64,000 nt of DNA from Candidatus Limnocylindrales bacterium (GTDB lineage Bacteria > Moduliflexota > Moduliflexia > Moduliflexales > JAUQPW01), in NCBI GenBank assembly GCA_035559535.1, contig DATMBG010000051.1, positions 124,001 through 188,000 on the forward strand, written 5' to 3'. Below are positions 32,411-41,480 of this stretch, piece by piece (within the stretch, counting starts at the first letter, position 1; every line of letters begins with the position of its first letter). Made by a program: the position numbers and the translations under genes. The notes below the pieces were generated by a model. The model saw only the letters and a list, made by a program, of their open reading frames with translations, ran no database searches and had not been told where the DNA came from.

Positions 32411-32513
32411 TTGCAGGAGATTAAATTATCGTCATCTGAGGAAGTTTAAAGATACCTTGTTGAGGTGACTGGAAGTTTAAAGTTGTTTCAACATACTTAG
32501 AAAGGGAGTGCTA

Positions 32514-34382
32514 ATGAGAAAAATAGTTTTGGTGGAAACAAAATCTACATATATTCATGTGTACAGTCATGTTCCTATTCCTCGAGTAGGCTCTGTTCTT
32601 CTGGGAACGATTTTAAGGGATCTGGGATATGAAGTGAAAGTCTATATTGAGGAATTGGGAGAGGTAGATTTTAGAGAATTTTTAGATGCGGATCTGATCG
32701 GAATTTCTACCCTGACTTCTACAGCGCCTCGATCCTATAAATTGGCGAAAATTGCCCGTGAAGCGGGTATTCCCGTAGTATTGGGAGGTACTCATCCCAC
32801 CTTTGAGCCGGATGAATGCCTGGACCATGCAGACTTCCTGATTCGTGGTGAAGGAGAAGAAACCCTGGTAGAACTCATCCGCTGTATAGAAGAAAAAGGC
32901 GACTTCAGTAAAATTCTAGGGTTGTCCTATTGGCAGGATGGTCGAAAGGTGCATAATCCCCCTCGTCCTTTAAAAGAAAATTTAGATGTCTATCCCATTC
33001 CGGATTTTACTCTGGTTGAAGGGAATATAAAACACTCCATTGTTTCCGTCGTAACCGGCCGAGGATGCCCCTTTGATTGCACGTTTTGCTCTGTACCGGC
33101 TTTTAACGGGAAAGGCTACCGGGGACTTTCTATCGATAAGGTTCTAAAGGAAATAGAATTTCACATGAGCCGGTTTAATCTCAGCTTTCTGTTCTTCGCC
33201 GATGATATTTTTAACTATAATAAGAAACGAACCAAAGAGATTTTAAGGGGAATGATCGAAAATAAATTGACGCCCAAGTGGGGGGCCCAGGTTCGCCATG
33301 AAGCATCCCGGGATCCAGAACTGTTAGAGCTCATGAAAAAAGCCAATTGCGACAGGGTTTTTGTCGGATTTGAATCAATCAACCCTAAAACCCTGGAACT
33401 CTTCCATAAGAAAGAGACCGTAGAAAATATAGAAAATGCCATTAAAGCTTTTCATGGCCATGGGATCAAAATCCACGGCATGTTTGTGGTAGGGTCGGAT
33501 GAAGATAGTGTGGAAACTATTCGCGAAACCCGAAGGTTCGTTGAAAAGTGGGATATCGATACCATCCAGTTTATGATTCTTACCCCCATTCCAGGATCTC
33601 ACGATTATATCCAATTTAAGGCCAGCGGCAGGAAGTTTTTGACCCAGGATTGGACACTCTTTGATGGTCACCATGTGGTCCATGTTCCTAAAGGAATGAC
33701 CCCCTATGAGCTTCAAGTTGAAACTTTAACGGCCATGAAAGATTTTTATTCTCTGAAAGCAGCTTTTAAACGGGCGATTCGGGGAGATTTTTATGAGGCC
33801 GGTTTACGTCTCACCGCTCACCGACTTCTCAAGAATTGGTTTAAGATCAATGAAGATTACATTCAAAAGTTGAAAACGGATCTTTATAATGAAGTTAAAG
33901 AACTCGTCGGACAGGAGCCGATTAAGAAAACAGGCGTTATTGCCATTGCCGACATCGCTTCCAGTGAGACGATTAAACGGGCTTTAGAAACTTTCTTCCA
34001 GGAATTGGGCGTTAAAGTTGAAGATTCCATTAAAGGGCTTGGAGAATTGGTCACAGAAAGGCAAGAGCAACTGGCTCAGGGAAAAGAGAAGATCGTCAAG
34101 ATCGTTTATGATTATATGGAAAGCTTAAAAGGGAAAGTAGATTATGTAATTGTGCCTATCGTTGAGGATTTGGAAGAATATCCCTCTAAATGGATTGCCA
34201 GTATTGAGGAAGTCGCAAAGGCTATTAAATCTACTGTAAACTCTCTCCCCCATATCATTCGGGTCCAGGCAGATGTGAAAAGTAAATCCTTACAACAAAC
34301 GCTCACTCAAATAGGATTGATTTTTACCGATGATTTAAATAAAATTAGAAGGGCCTGTAGTAAAGCTTTAACTCCTGCCTGA
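32514..34382 (+). CDS. B12-binding domain radical SAM protein with C-terminal extension
   Basis: VVLGGTHPT and IRGEGE (B12-binding), GRGCPFDCTFC (CxxxCxxC), FADDIF, GFES; about 170 aa extra C-terminus. Confidence 0.92.
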   Translation: MRKIVLVETKSTYIHVYSHVPIPRVGSVLLGTILRDLGYEVKVYIEELGEVDFREFLDADLIGISTLTSTAPRSYKLAKIAREAGIPVVLGGTHPTFEPDECLDHADFLIRGEGEETLVELIRCIEEKGDFSKILGLSYWQDGRKVHNPPRPLKENLDVYPIPDFTLVEGNIKHSIVSVVTGRGCPFDCTFCSVPAFNGKGYRGLSIDKVLKEIEFHMSRFNLSFLFFADDIFNYNKKRTKEILRGMIENKLTPKWGAQVRHEASRDPELLELMKKANCDRVFVGFESINPKTLELFHKKETVENIENAIKAFHGHGIKIHGMFVVGSDEDSVETIRETRRFVEKWDIDTIQFMILTPIPGSHDYIQFKASGRKFLTQDWTLFDGHHVVHVPKGMTPYELQVETLTAMKDFYSLKAAFKRAIRGDFYEAGLRLTAHRLLKNWFKINEDYIQKLKTDLYNEVKELVGQEPIKKTGVIAIADIASSETIKRALETFFQELGVKVEDSIKGLGELVTERQEQLAQGKEKIVKIVYDYMESLKGKVDYVIVPIVEDLEEYPSKWIASIEEVAKAIKSTVNSLPHIIRVQADVKSKSLQQTLTQIGLIFTDDLNKIRRACSKALTPA

Positions 34383-34422
34383 GAGCGGTAAAAGTTATTT
34401 CTATAGAATGACCCATTTTAAA

Positions 34423-34449
34423 GTAGGGCGAAATGTCCTTTCGCCCTAC
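34423..34449. repeat. REP-like palindrome
   Basis: GTAGGGCGAAA-TGTCC-TTTCGCCCTAC between convergent genes. Confidence 0.7.
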
Positions 34450-34513
34450 AGCAGGGATTGCCCGGTTTTGTGTTTCTACCCCTGTTTGGAACTTTTGAGA
34501 CCGTTTCCCTGGA

Positions 34514-35446
34514 CTATTTAACTTCCGGTGCGAAGTGGGTATGGTAGAAAAAAATAAATAGGGCAAAAATAGGACCTGCAAAGAAAAATGGGGCCAGGGC
34601 AGAAGAAAGACTCGCCTGTATATTTGCTGCACGAACCCCGTCAAACCTGAAAACTAAGAACAAAAATCTACCAACCGTCCATGCTATCTTCTCCCGCAAG
34701 AAGGTTCCTATTTTAAGAAATATTAAGAGTATTGCTGTAAAAATAGGGTAAAAGAGGAACAACAAAGGGAATTTATTTAAGATATCCGGCAAGGTATCCC
34801 GGGTATAAAACCCCATCATAATAGGCACAGAGCCGAAAAAGGTTAGGATATGAAGATCATCAAAGAAATTTCCCAGTTTAGGTATTAAAGCTAGTAGATA
34901 GACGACCATCATCACAAAGGTTGCACCCGCCAAAGAGGTCAAAAGATAATTATCGGATAATTCGAAGGTGGTTCTCTCAGAAGGGTTAATAACAGTAGGA
35001 ATGACAAAAAAAAGATAAACAGACAGCAAGAGGCTATACAAGGGAAAGTTTATAAGAAAGTTTTTAAGTAAGGAAAGGATCCCCAGGGTCATCTTTTTGA
35101 ATAAACCGGGTGGGGGAGGGGATGGGGGAGAAAATCCCGATGGGGGTAAGGGTGAGGCCTGCAAAGGGGCCGGTAAAGGTTTTGGAGGTCCTGGTTGAGG
35201 ATTCGGAACTGAAGAGGGGGGAATCTGGGAAGGTGGAGCCGATACAGGCTGGGGGTTCGGAGTCGAAGGTAGAGGGGCAGGTGAGTTAACAGGAGGAGGT
35301 TTTACCACCGGCTTTGCATAGGGTGGTACCTTCTTCCGCCAAATCGGAACCCGGTACATTAAAACAGAAAAGACCAGGGTAGTCAGAAATACGCGCCACT
35401 CCATGAGGGCAAAAAGTCCTTGTAAGAGAGCTTCTAACTCGCTCAT
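34514..35446 (-). CDS. Hypothetical membrane protein with Pro-rich linker
   Basis: One N-terminal hydrophobic helix, about 75 aa Pro-rich segment, then about 5 hydrophobic helices. Confidence 0.65.
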   Translation of the reverse strand: MSELEALLQGLFALMEWRVFLTTLVFSVLMYRVPIWRKKVPPYAKPVVKPPPVNSPAPLPSTPNPQPVSAPPSQIPPSSVPNPQPGPPKPLPAPLQASPLPPSGFSPPSPPPPGLFKKMTLGILSLLKNFLINFPLYSLLLSVYLFFVIPTVINPSERTTFELSDNYLLTSLAGATFVMMVVYLLALIPKLGNFFDDLHILTFFGSVPIMMGFYTRDTLPDILNKFPLLFLFYPIFTAILLIFLKIGTFLREKIAWTVGRFLFLVFRFDGVRAANIQASLSSALAPFFFAGPIFALFIFFYHTHFAPEVK

Positions 35447-35590
35447 AACAGTGAGTAGAGTAAAGACTTTTTACCAATTGTCAAGCTGTATTTATAAGAT
35501 AAAAACCGGAAAGGAAAGAAGAAAGAGAGAATAAGAGGGGAAAAACCCCGCAAGGACAGGGATCCACAGACTTTCCTATCATTAAAAGGC

Positions 35591-35622
35591 AAAGGAGCCG
35601 GTAAAGTACTCCCGGCTCCTTT
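35591..35622 (-). terminator. Intrinsic terminator of the RRM gene
   Basis: AAAGGAGCCGG / CCGGCTCCTTT stem followed by T-rich run on the minus strand. Confidence 0.65.
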
Positions 35623-35703
35623 ATATAATTTTTTAACTTTTTCTCGGGGTCCGTTGTAGATGCTTGAGCAGCCTCACCTCACAAACTTCAAATAATAATT
35701 TAA

Positions 35704-36051
35704 TTATTCCATATCTTCCTCGTACTGAACTCTCTTGGGCTTGGAACCTCCTCGTTTTCCTGCGCCGCTTCCCTTAAAATCACGACTTTTATAATTGTTG
35801 GTGCGCTTTGGTTTTGCTTTATCTACCACCATTTCTCGATCTTTAAAACTGTATCCGTTAAACATATTGATCGCATTTTGCGCCTCTTCTTCAGAGGCCA
35901 TTTCAACAAATCCAAACCCTTTAGAACGACCTGACGTCGCATCGGTAATAATTCTTACAGATTCAACGGTTCCTGCCTGTCCAAAAAGTCGATTTAAATC
36001 TTCTTCACTGGTTTGATAAGATAAATTTCCTACATAAAGTTTACTTAACAT
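35704..36051 (-). CDS. RNA-binding protein (single RRM domain)
   Basis: RNP2 LYVGNL, RNP1 KGFGFVEM. Confidence 0.95.
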   Translation of the reverse strand: MLSKLYVGNLSYQTSEEDLNRLFGQAGTVESVRIITDATSGRSKGFGFVEMASEEEAQNAINMFNGYSFKDREMVVDKAKPKRTNNYKSRDFKGSGAGKRGGSKPKRVQYEEDME

Positions 36052-36067
36052 TTTTCACACCTCTCTT

Positions 36068-36281
36068 AAAAGAAAAAACCCTCAAAGCCCTTAGAAAGTC
36101 TTTGAGGGTTTACAAACGAAACGATCAAAAACGATCCAGAAACTTTGGGTGCTGCTTTGTCTACAATGTACCTTTATGTTTGGGAGATTAAAAATCTCCA
36201 CATTTTGGATACTTTCGACTAGGCAGGTACTTATATTGTCAACTACAATCGCAATATAACCCGGACTCTATAGGGTGTCAA
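36068..36281 (-). promoter_or_regulatory. Promoter and long leader with terminator hairpin upstream of RRM gene
   Basis: TTGACA(36281-36276)-17 bp-TATATT; 12-bp stem AAACCCTCAAAG / CTTTGAGGGTTT plus U-tract just before the SD. Confidence 0.65.
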
Positions 36282-36421
36282 GATGATATTTTAAATTTTC
36301 CGTAAAAATTATACCCACCCCTTGTAAAAATACGGTATCCAGGGTAAGGACCATCTTCCCACAAGGTCGACCTTCAACCGAATAGCCCCTTTGTTAGATC
36401 CCACCTCAACACGGAAAAGTA

Positions 36422-36838
36422 TTAGTAAAGCTTGTCGATAAGAATATCCACTTTCTGATCGCCTACTTTAACCGGGTTACCCTTCCAACTCCCTTCTAAA
36501 TCACCGGGTTGTGGAGGACCGGCCTGACCATCCTTATCAATTCGGGCGATCACCGTAACTTCACCTGTAAACTCAACCCCCGGTATCATGACATCTTCCG
36601 GACTGAGCCAATATTTAAGCGGAAACTCTGGATTGACTATTTTTTGAACGGCCAGGGGAGGACCTCCTTCCGGTCGCCGGGCTATAATAAATAAACGATC
36701 ATTACGACCTACTTTGGCAGCGAGGGAAGGGTCGATATAAATGGTTCCAGATAAAGTAAGTTTTTTATTCTGTCCTCCCTCTCCCTGACTGCAGGAAACT
36801 AAAAATAAAACGACTAAAACGAAAAAAAGGTTTTTCAT
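36422..36838 (-). CDS. Lipoprotein resembling the CcmI/CycH C-terminal domain
   Basis: Lipobox LVSC; LFIIAR...GGPPLAVQK...FP...L...DVM...VIARIDKDG...PGDLEG pattern. Confidence 0.7.
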   Translation of the reverse strand: MKNLFFVLVVLFLVSCSQGEGGQNKKLTLSGTIYIDPSLAAKVGRNDRLFIIARRPEGGPPLAVQKIVNPEFPLKYWLSPEDVMIPGVEFTGEVTVIARIDKDGQAGPPQPGDLEGSWKGNPVKVGDQKVDILIDKLY

Positions 36839-36845
36839 AGGGTTT

Positions 36846-38291
36846 TTACAGAACCAGGGTATCTATAACTGCCGCAAGTTGTTTGATATTTCGGCACTCG
36901 ACGACACTATCGCAATAGGGTTCGTAGTGGCCCATGATGCTATCTCCAAAGTTCCAACTCCAACTAGATTCCGGATTTAACCAGATGATTCGTTTAGCCT
37001 GTGCTCTGATCTCCTTCAAAGCCCCTTCTCGGGGATGGTATTGGTTATTGCGAGCATCTCCCATGATAATAACCGTCGTTTTACTGGTGACGGCGGACAG
37101 GTAGTTATCACAGAAAGCTGAAAAGGCACTTCCAAAATCACTCAGATGATTGTAGGCAATTCCCATTTGGGTCATCGCCCGGGTAATTGCCTCTTCCAGG
37201 GGGTAAGTTTTAAAAAGATCTGTGACTTCCGCAATTTCATCGACGAAAATAAAACTTCGAACCCTGGAAAACTGGTCTTGAAGGCTATAAAGGAATTGTA
37301 ACATAAACCGCGAGGCATTTCGAACCGAGTTGGAAACATCACAGAGGGTTACAATCTGGGGTTTACGTTTTTTCTTTTCTTTAAAGGATAAATCCAGGGG
37401 AATCCCTCCGTATTTCAGATTTTTTCTAAAGATGCCTTTTACATTAAGCCTGCTTCTTCGGGCTTTTTTCTGACGAATGGCTTGAAGCTCCTTCAACCGT
37501 TGGGCCAGTTGGGCAACCATCCCTTTCATGGCCTCTACCTCTCGTTCGGTATACTGTAAGAGGTTTTTATCCATCAAAGCTTCTTCCGCCAATTTCTGCC
37601 TAAATCTAAAATCCTTTTTCTCGAACTCCTGCCGTACATACTGTCGGATCGTGTTTTTGAGAAGATTCACCCGATAATTGAGAAGTTTTTTTGTTTGGTT
37701 GAGATTACGACCATCCAGACCTTTTTGGGCCAGGATCTTTAAAAGAAGATTGAGATCTGTTTCGATTTCCCTCCAGTCAAAAGATTCCATAATTTTCTGG
37801 GTATAGTAATTCACCTGGAGAAAATAACTCATGTTTTGAATCCCGACTTCCTGTCCTTTCGCTTTGATCCATCGATGTAATTGCCCTCCGTTACCTCCCA
37901 GAATATGCCTGGATAAGGCCGTTATGTTAGTACTTGCTTCTTCTAAAGCCAGGTCAATCTTTTCTGCAAGGGTATTATAATCCAGGAGGTTTTCTTCTAG
38001 GGGGTTATGGGGGGCCATCAGGGAATTTTTTTCTGTAGGGGCGTAAGGCCTTACGCCCGTACTATTTTTTTTATCTTCAAAGTTAAAATGAAGATCGAAA
38101 AGGTTTTGAAAGGTGGGAATGTCGGCAACACGCTTGATCAAGGTCGTCTGAAGGGTCATGCGGAATATCTCTTTTTCTTCCAAAGGGATATGGCTCAGAG
38201 AGTGAAGGCAATCTATCTCCTCTGAAGGGGTTACACGAATATTGGATTTTCGAAGGGCCTGGACAAATTCTAAAATTTTTTCTTCCATCAA
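36846..38291 (-). CDS. CoxE-like VWA domain protein
   Basis: MIDAS-like CDVSNSV, SDFG, IIMGDARNN, IWLNPE. Confidence 0.9.
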   Translation of the reverse strand: MMEEKILEFVQALRKSNIRVTPSEEIDCLHSLSHIPLEEKEIFRMTLQTTLIKRVADIPTFQNLFDLHFNFEDKKNSTGVRPYAPTEKNSLMAPHNPLEENLLDYNTLAEKIDLALEEASTNITALSRHILGGNGGQLHRWIKAKGQEVGIQNMSYFLQVNYYTQKIMESFDWREIETDLNLLLKILAQKGLDGRNLNQTKKLLNYRVNLLKNTIRQYVRQEFEKKDFRFRQKLAEEALMDKNLLQYTEREVEAMKGMVAQLAQRLKELQAIRQKKARRSRLNVKGIFRKNLKYGGIPLDLSFKEKKKRKPQIVTLCDVSNSVRNASRFMLQFLYSLQDQFSRVRSFIFVDEIAEVTDLFKTYPLEEAITRAMTQMGIAYNHLSDFGSAFSAFCDNYLSAVTSKTTVIIMGDARNNQYHPREGALKEIRAQAKRIIWLNPESSWSWNFGDSIMGHYEPYCDSVVECRNIKQLAAVIDTLVL

Positions 38292-39202
38292 CCAATCTCT
38301 TTGATGATTTGAGGTAAATGATTCCGTACTTTTTCGATATCCCTCTCGTATTTAAGAATAAGATTTAAGGTACTATCCAGGGTAGTCTGGTCCAATTTAT
38401 CGGCATTAAGAACTATTAAAGATTTTGCCCAATCCAAAGTCTCACTGATACTGGGAGATTTTTTTAGATCCAATTTCCTTAGCCTGTAGACAACCTCTAC
38501 AATCTGCCGGGCTAAGGTATCGGATAAATCGGGAATACGCATCTGAAGCATCCGCAGTTCTTCCTCCTTTTCCGGGAAATGGATATAAAGATGCAGGCAG
38601 CGACGTTTCAGGGCATCGGTCATTTCTCTACTATTATTACTGGTTAAGATCACCAGAGGAATATGTTTGGCCCGAAGGGTACCCAATTCTGGAATACTGA
38701 CTTGAAAATCACTTAAAACTTCCAGCAGGAAAGCTTCAAATTCTGGATCTGACCGGTCCACCTCATCGATCAGGAGGACTGTAGGTTCATCGGCTAAAAT
38801 CGCTTTAAGAAGAGGCCTGGGCTCTAAAAATCGCTCTGAAAAAAAAACATCCTCCTCTTCTGAAATCCGATCTACCGCCTCCTGAAGGGTTACACTCTCA
38901 TTGAGAATACTCCCGATTTTATCCTTTAGAATCTGGGTATAAAGTAGCTGTTTTGCATATTTCCATTCATAAAGGGCTTTAGCTTCATCCAATCCTTCAT
39001 AACATTGAAGCCGGATCAATTCTATACCCAGAACCTCTGCCAGCGTTTTTCCCAACTCTGTTTTTCCAACTCCTGGAGGACCCTCCACCAGAATAGGCTT
39101 TTTCATTCTGCTAGCTAAGTAAATAACCGTGGCTACCTGCCGGTTACAAAGATAACCTTTACCTTCAAACCGTTCCTGTACATCAGAAATCGATTTAAAC
39201 AT
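38288..39202 (-). CDS. CoxD-like MoxR AAA+ ATPase
   Basis: GPPGVGKT, RLQCYEGLD, LLIDEVD, ALKRRC; ATG 39202 preferred (39250 possible); ATGA overlap with the VWA gene. Confidence 0.92.
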   Translation of the reverse strand: MFKSISDVQERFEGKGYLCNRQVATVIYLASRMKKPILVEGPPGVGKTELGKTLAEVLGIELIRLQCYEGLDEAKALYEWKYAKQLLYTQILKDKIGSILNESVTLQEAVDRISEEEDVFFSERFLEPRPLLKAILADEPTVLLIDEVDRSDPEFEAFLLEVLSDFQVSIPELGTLRAKHIPLVILTSNNSREMTDALKRRCLHLYIHFPEKEEELRMLQMRIPDLSDTLARQIVEVVYRLRKLDLKKSPSISETLDWAKSLIVLNADKLDQTTLDSTLNLILKYERDIEKVRNHLPQIIKEIG

Positions 39203-39425
39203 GTTTTTTAATTTTCCCCTGCTATTTCTTACCCATGCGAATCCATCCATCGGGGACTCTCTTTCAAGTGAGCAGGCTCTTCTTTTATTCCGAGGTTAAA
39301 AATGATTTTTCAACTCTTCGATGTTCAGGGTAGGGTCTCAGGGAATGGAAACTGGCTACCCTTGTTAATTTCATTATTTTCACGAAGCAAGTCAAGGGAT
39401 TTATTAAAAGGGAAGGGGAGGGGGG

Positions 39426-39566
39426 GGTGACAAATTTTGACACCTACCAGAAAAGTTTTGTAAAAGGAACTTGAAGGGTTGGATTAATTTTTATTCGACT
39501 TTCTGGGCTTTTAGTTTAATTCCCCATGTTTCAAAACGACTCCCTTGAGCTGGCCTTAATTTTGCT
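39426..39566 (+). promoter_or_regulatory. Candidate sigma54 promoter with upstream enhancer-like palindrome
   Basis: TGGCCTTAATTTTGCT 39551-39566 (GG-N10-GC); imperfect palindrome GGTGACAAATTTTGACACC 39426-39444. Confidence 0.5.
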
Positions 39567-39646
39567 CTAAACAAAAAGGTCAGTAAGATTATCCCAAAGA
39601 AATAAGTAGCTGTAACAATGTAGTAGGTGTCACTTTTTTCTGTCTG

Positions 39647-39964
39647 AACATCCCTTTAGCCCCCTCCAGAGGGGACTGATACGGGGTTGCTGCTACTGAA
39701 GTTCCTCCTCCAGGGAGGTCAGAGGCATGCACGCCATGGGAAGGTCAGCCCTGGCGGGGCAACCTGTGGGTAGCCCCTGGTGTAAGCCAGGGGAAACAGG
39801 ATAACAGGATCCTCTAAGCCCCGTCAGGGGCAACCTGTTTACCAGGATGTGAAAAAAATTCTGAATTTCTGAATCCACCGACGCAGGTCGGGGGCTACTA
39901 ACTGTTCGCCCCTGACGGGGCTTTTCAGCTTATCCTGGCGCATGGGGGGGGGTTAGAGGATGTT
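39647..39964. mobile_element. Nested non-autonomous palindromic element(s)
   Basis: Outer imperfect IR AACATCCCTTTAGCCCCC / GGGGGGTTAGAGGATGTT; inner perfect 16-bp IR AAGCCCCGTCAGGGGC (39816) / GCCCCTGACGGGGCTT (39908); hairpin CCCCTGG-TGTAAG-CCAGGGG. Confidence 0.6.
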
Positions 39965-40181
39965 TCTTTTTCCCTCTACTAAACGGCTATGACCCGTTGG
40001 GTCGCCACAAGGCATGAAAATCGTAGCGTGGGAAATTGATACAGCTATAATAGATAAAAGGGTTATTGACTTGTTTTTTTATTCTGTTAATCTTATGGTA
40101 CTCTGTTAATTTTCCTATCCTGATAAAAGAAGTAATAAAGTTTATTTTGCAGGGGTAATCCCGGCAAGAGATTCTTTTTCT

Positions 40182-41480
40182 ATGAATCTGGCTATTCGGG
40201 CTGAAAATCTGGGTAAAATGTATCAAATCGGTCCACGGGAGCCCTACAAGGCTCTGCGAGATGTATTGGCCCATGCCCTCTATGCACCTTTCCGGGCTGT
40301 TTTCCCCCTCTCCCGTCCCTCATCTTCCGTTCAGGATTCTCGATCCAACCGTTTCATTTGGGCACTTAAAGAAGTCTCCTTTGAAATCGAGCGAGGTGAA
40401 GTGGTAGGCATTATTGGTCGAAATGGAGCCGGGAAAAGTACTTTGTTGAAAATTCTTTCTCGCATTACCGAACCGACAGAAGGCAGTGCCATTATTTATG
40501 GCCGGGTCGGGTCTTTACTGGAAGTGGGTACCGGTTTTCATAACGAGCTGACCGGACGGGAAAATATTTACCTGAATGGTTCTATTTTGGGGATGAAAAA
40601 GGCAGAAATTGACCGTAAATTCGATGAGATTGTAGTCTTTGCGGAGATAGAGAAATTTATCGATACCCCGGTAAAGTATTACTCCAGTGGAATGTATGTA
40701 CGCCTGGCCTTTGCCGTTGCTGCTCACCTGGAACCTGAGATTCTGGTTGTAGATGAAGTACTTGCGGTGGGGGACATGGCTTTTCAGAAGAAATGCCTGG
40801 GGAAGATGGGCGATGTGGCAAAAGAGGGACGAACCGTATTGTTTGTAAGCCACAATATGGCTGCTATAGCCCGGCTTTGTAAACGGGGCATCCTTCTGGA
40901 GAAGGGGCGCGTAACCTGTATAGGTCCTGTGGAAGACGTCATCAGTAAATATCAGATGGCAGCTGCACAAGGGACAGCAGGGGGTACGAAAATCTTTGCA
41001 GCAAGGACAGGTACCGGTTTAATTCGCTTTAAAGAAGTTGCCGTTTTCAATCAAAATGGAGAATCCTGGCTGTACTCAGGGTGTGCAGCATCCATAAAAA
41101 TGGAACTTGAAGCCGTTACAGCTTTCCATTCTTCAAACGTAAAAATCGGCATCGGCATTAACGGCCCTTATGGAGATAGGTTGATTACCCTGCTGAATAG
41201 ATTCGATCCCAATGCCCAGGCCCATATGGGAAGTATCACAAACGGTACGGTAGTGATGTGCAACCTGCCCAGATTACTGCTTCGTCCCGGCATATATTAC
41301 CTCTCCCTTTATATAGACATCAATGGGGAAATCTCCGACCAGATTAAAGATGCGTTGAGTATAGAAGTTCATGAAGCAGATTTTTACGGTACGGGAGTTA
41401 TGCCTTCAAGCAGTCAAGGTCCCTTTTTACTGGATCAAACATGGCATTACTTCCCTATGGAAAATAATGAAATCCCTTGA
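40182..41480 (+). CDS. wzt: Polysaccharide ABC exporter ATP-binding subunit with C-terminal Wzt_C domain
   Basis: WALKEVSF, GRNGAGKST, YSSGMYVRLAF, DEVLAVGD, LFVSH; C-terminal PGIYYLSL. Confidence 0.93.
   Translation: MNLAIRAENLGKMYQIGPREPYKALRDVLAHALYAPFRAVFPLSRPSSSVQDSRSNRFIWALKEVSFEIERGEVVGIIGRNGAGKSTLLKILSRITEPTEGSAIIYGRVGSLLEVGTGFHNELTGRENIYLNGSILGMKKAEIDRKFDEIVVFAEIEKFIDTPVKYYSSGMYVRLAFAVAAHLEPEILVVDEVLAVGDMAFQKKCLGKMGDVAKEGRTVLFVSHNMAAIARLCKRGILLEKGRVTCIGPVEDVISKYQMAAAQGTAGGTKIFAARTGTGLIRFKEVAVFNQNGESWLYSGCAASIKMELEAVTAFHSSNVKIGIGINGPYGDRLITLLNRFDPNAQAHMGSITNGTVVMCNLPRLLLRPGIYYLSLYIDINGEISDQIKDALSIEVHEADFYGTGVMPSSSQGPFLLDQTWHYFPMENNEIP

Noticed and set aside
32410..32513. Cobalamin riboswitch before the B12 radical SAM gene
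   Set aside because: Leader is short and lacks the GGGAA...GCCACTG B12-box pattern
39693..40274. Short ORFs 39693-39878 and 39987-40274 as a wzm remnant
   Set aside because: Wrong strand, no hydrophobic ABC-2 permease character, and largely repeat-derived
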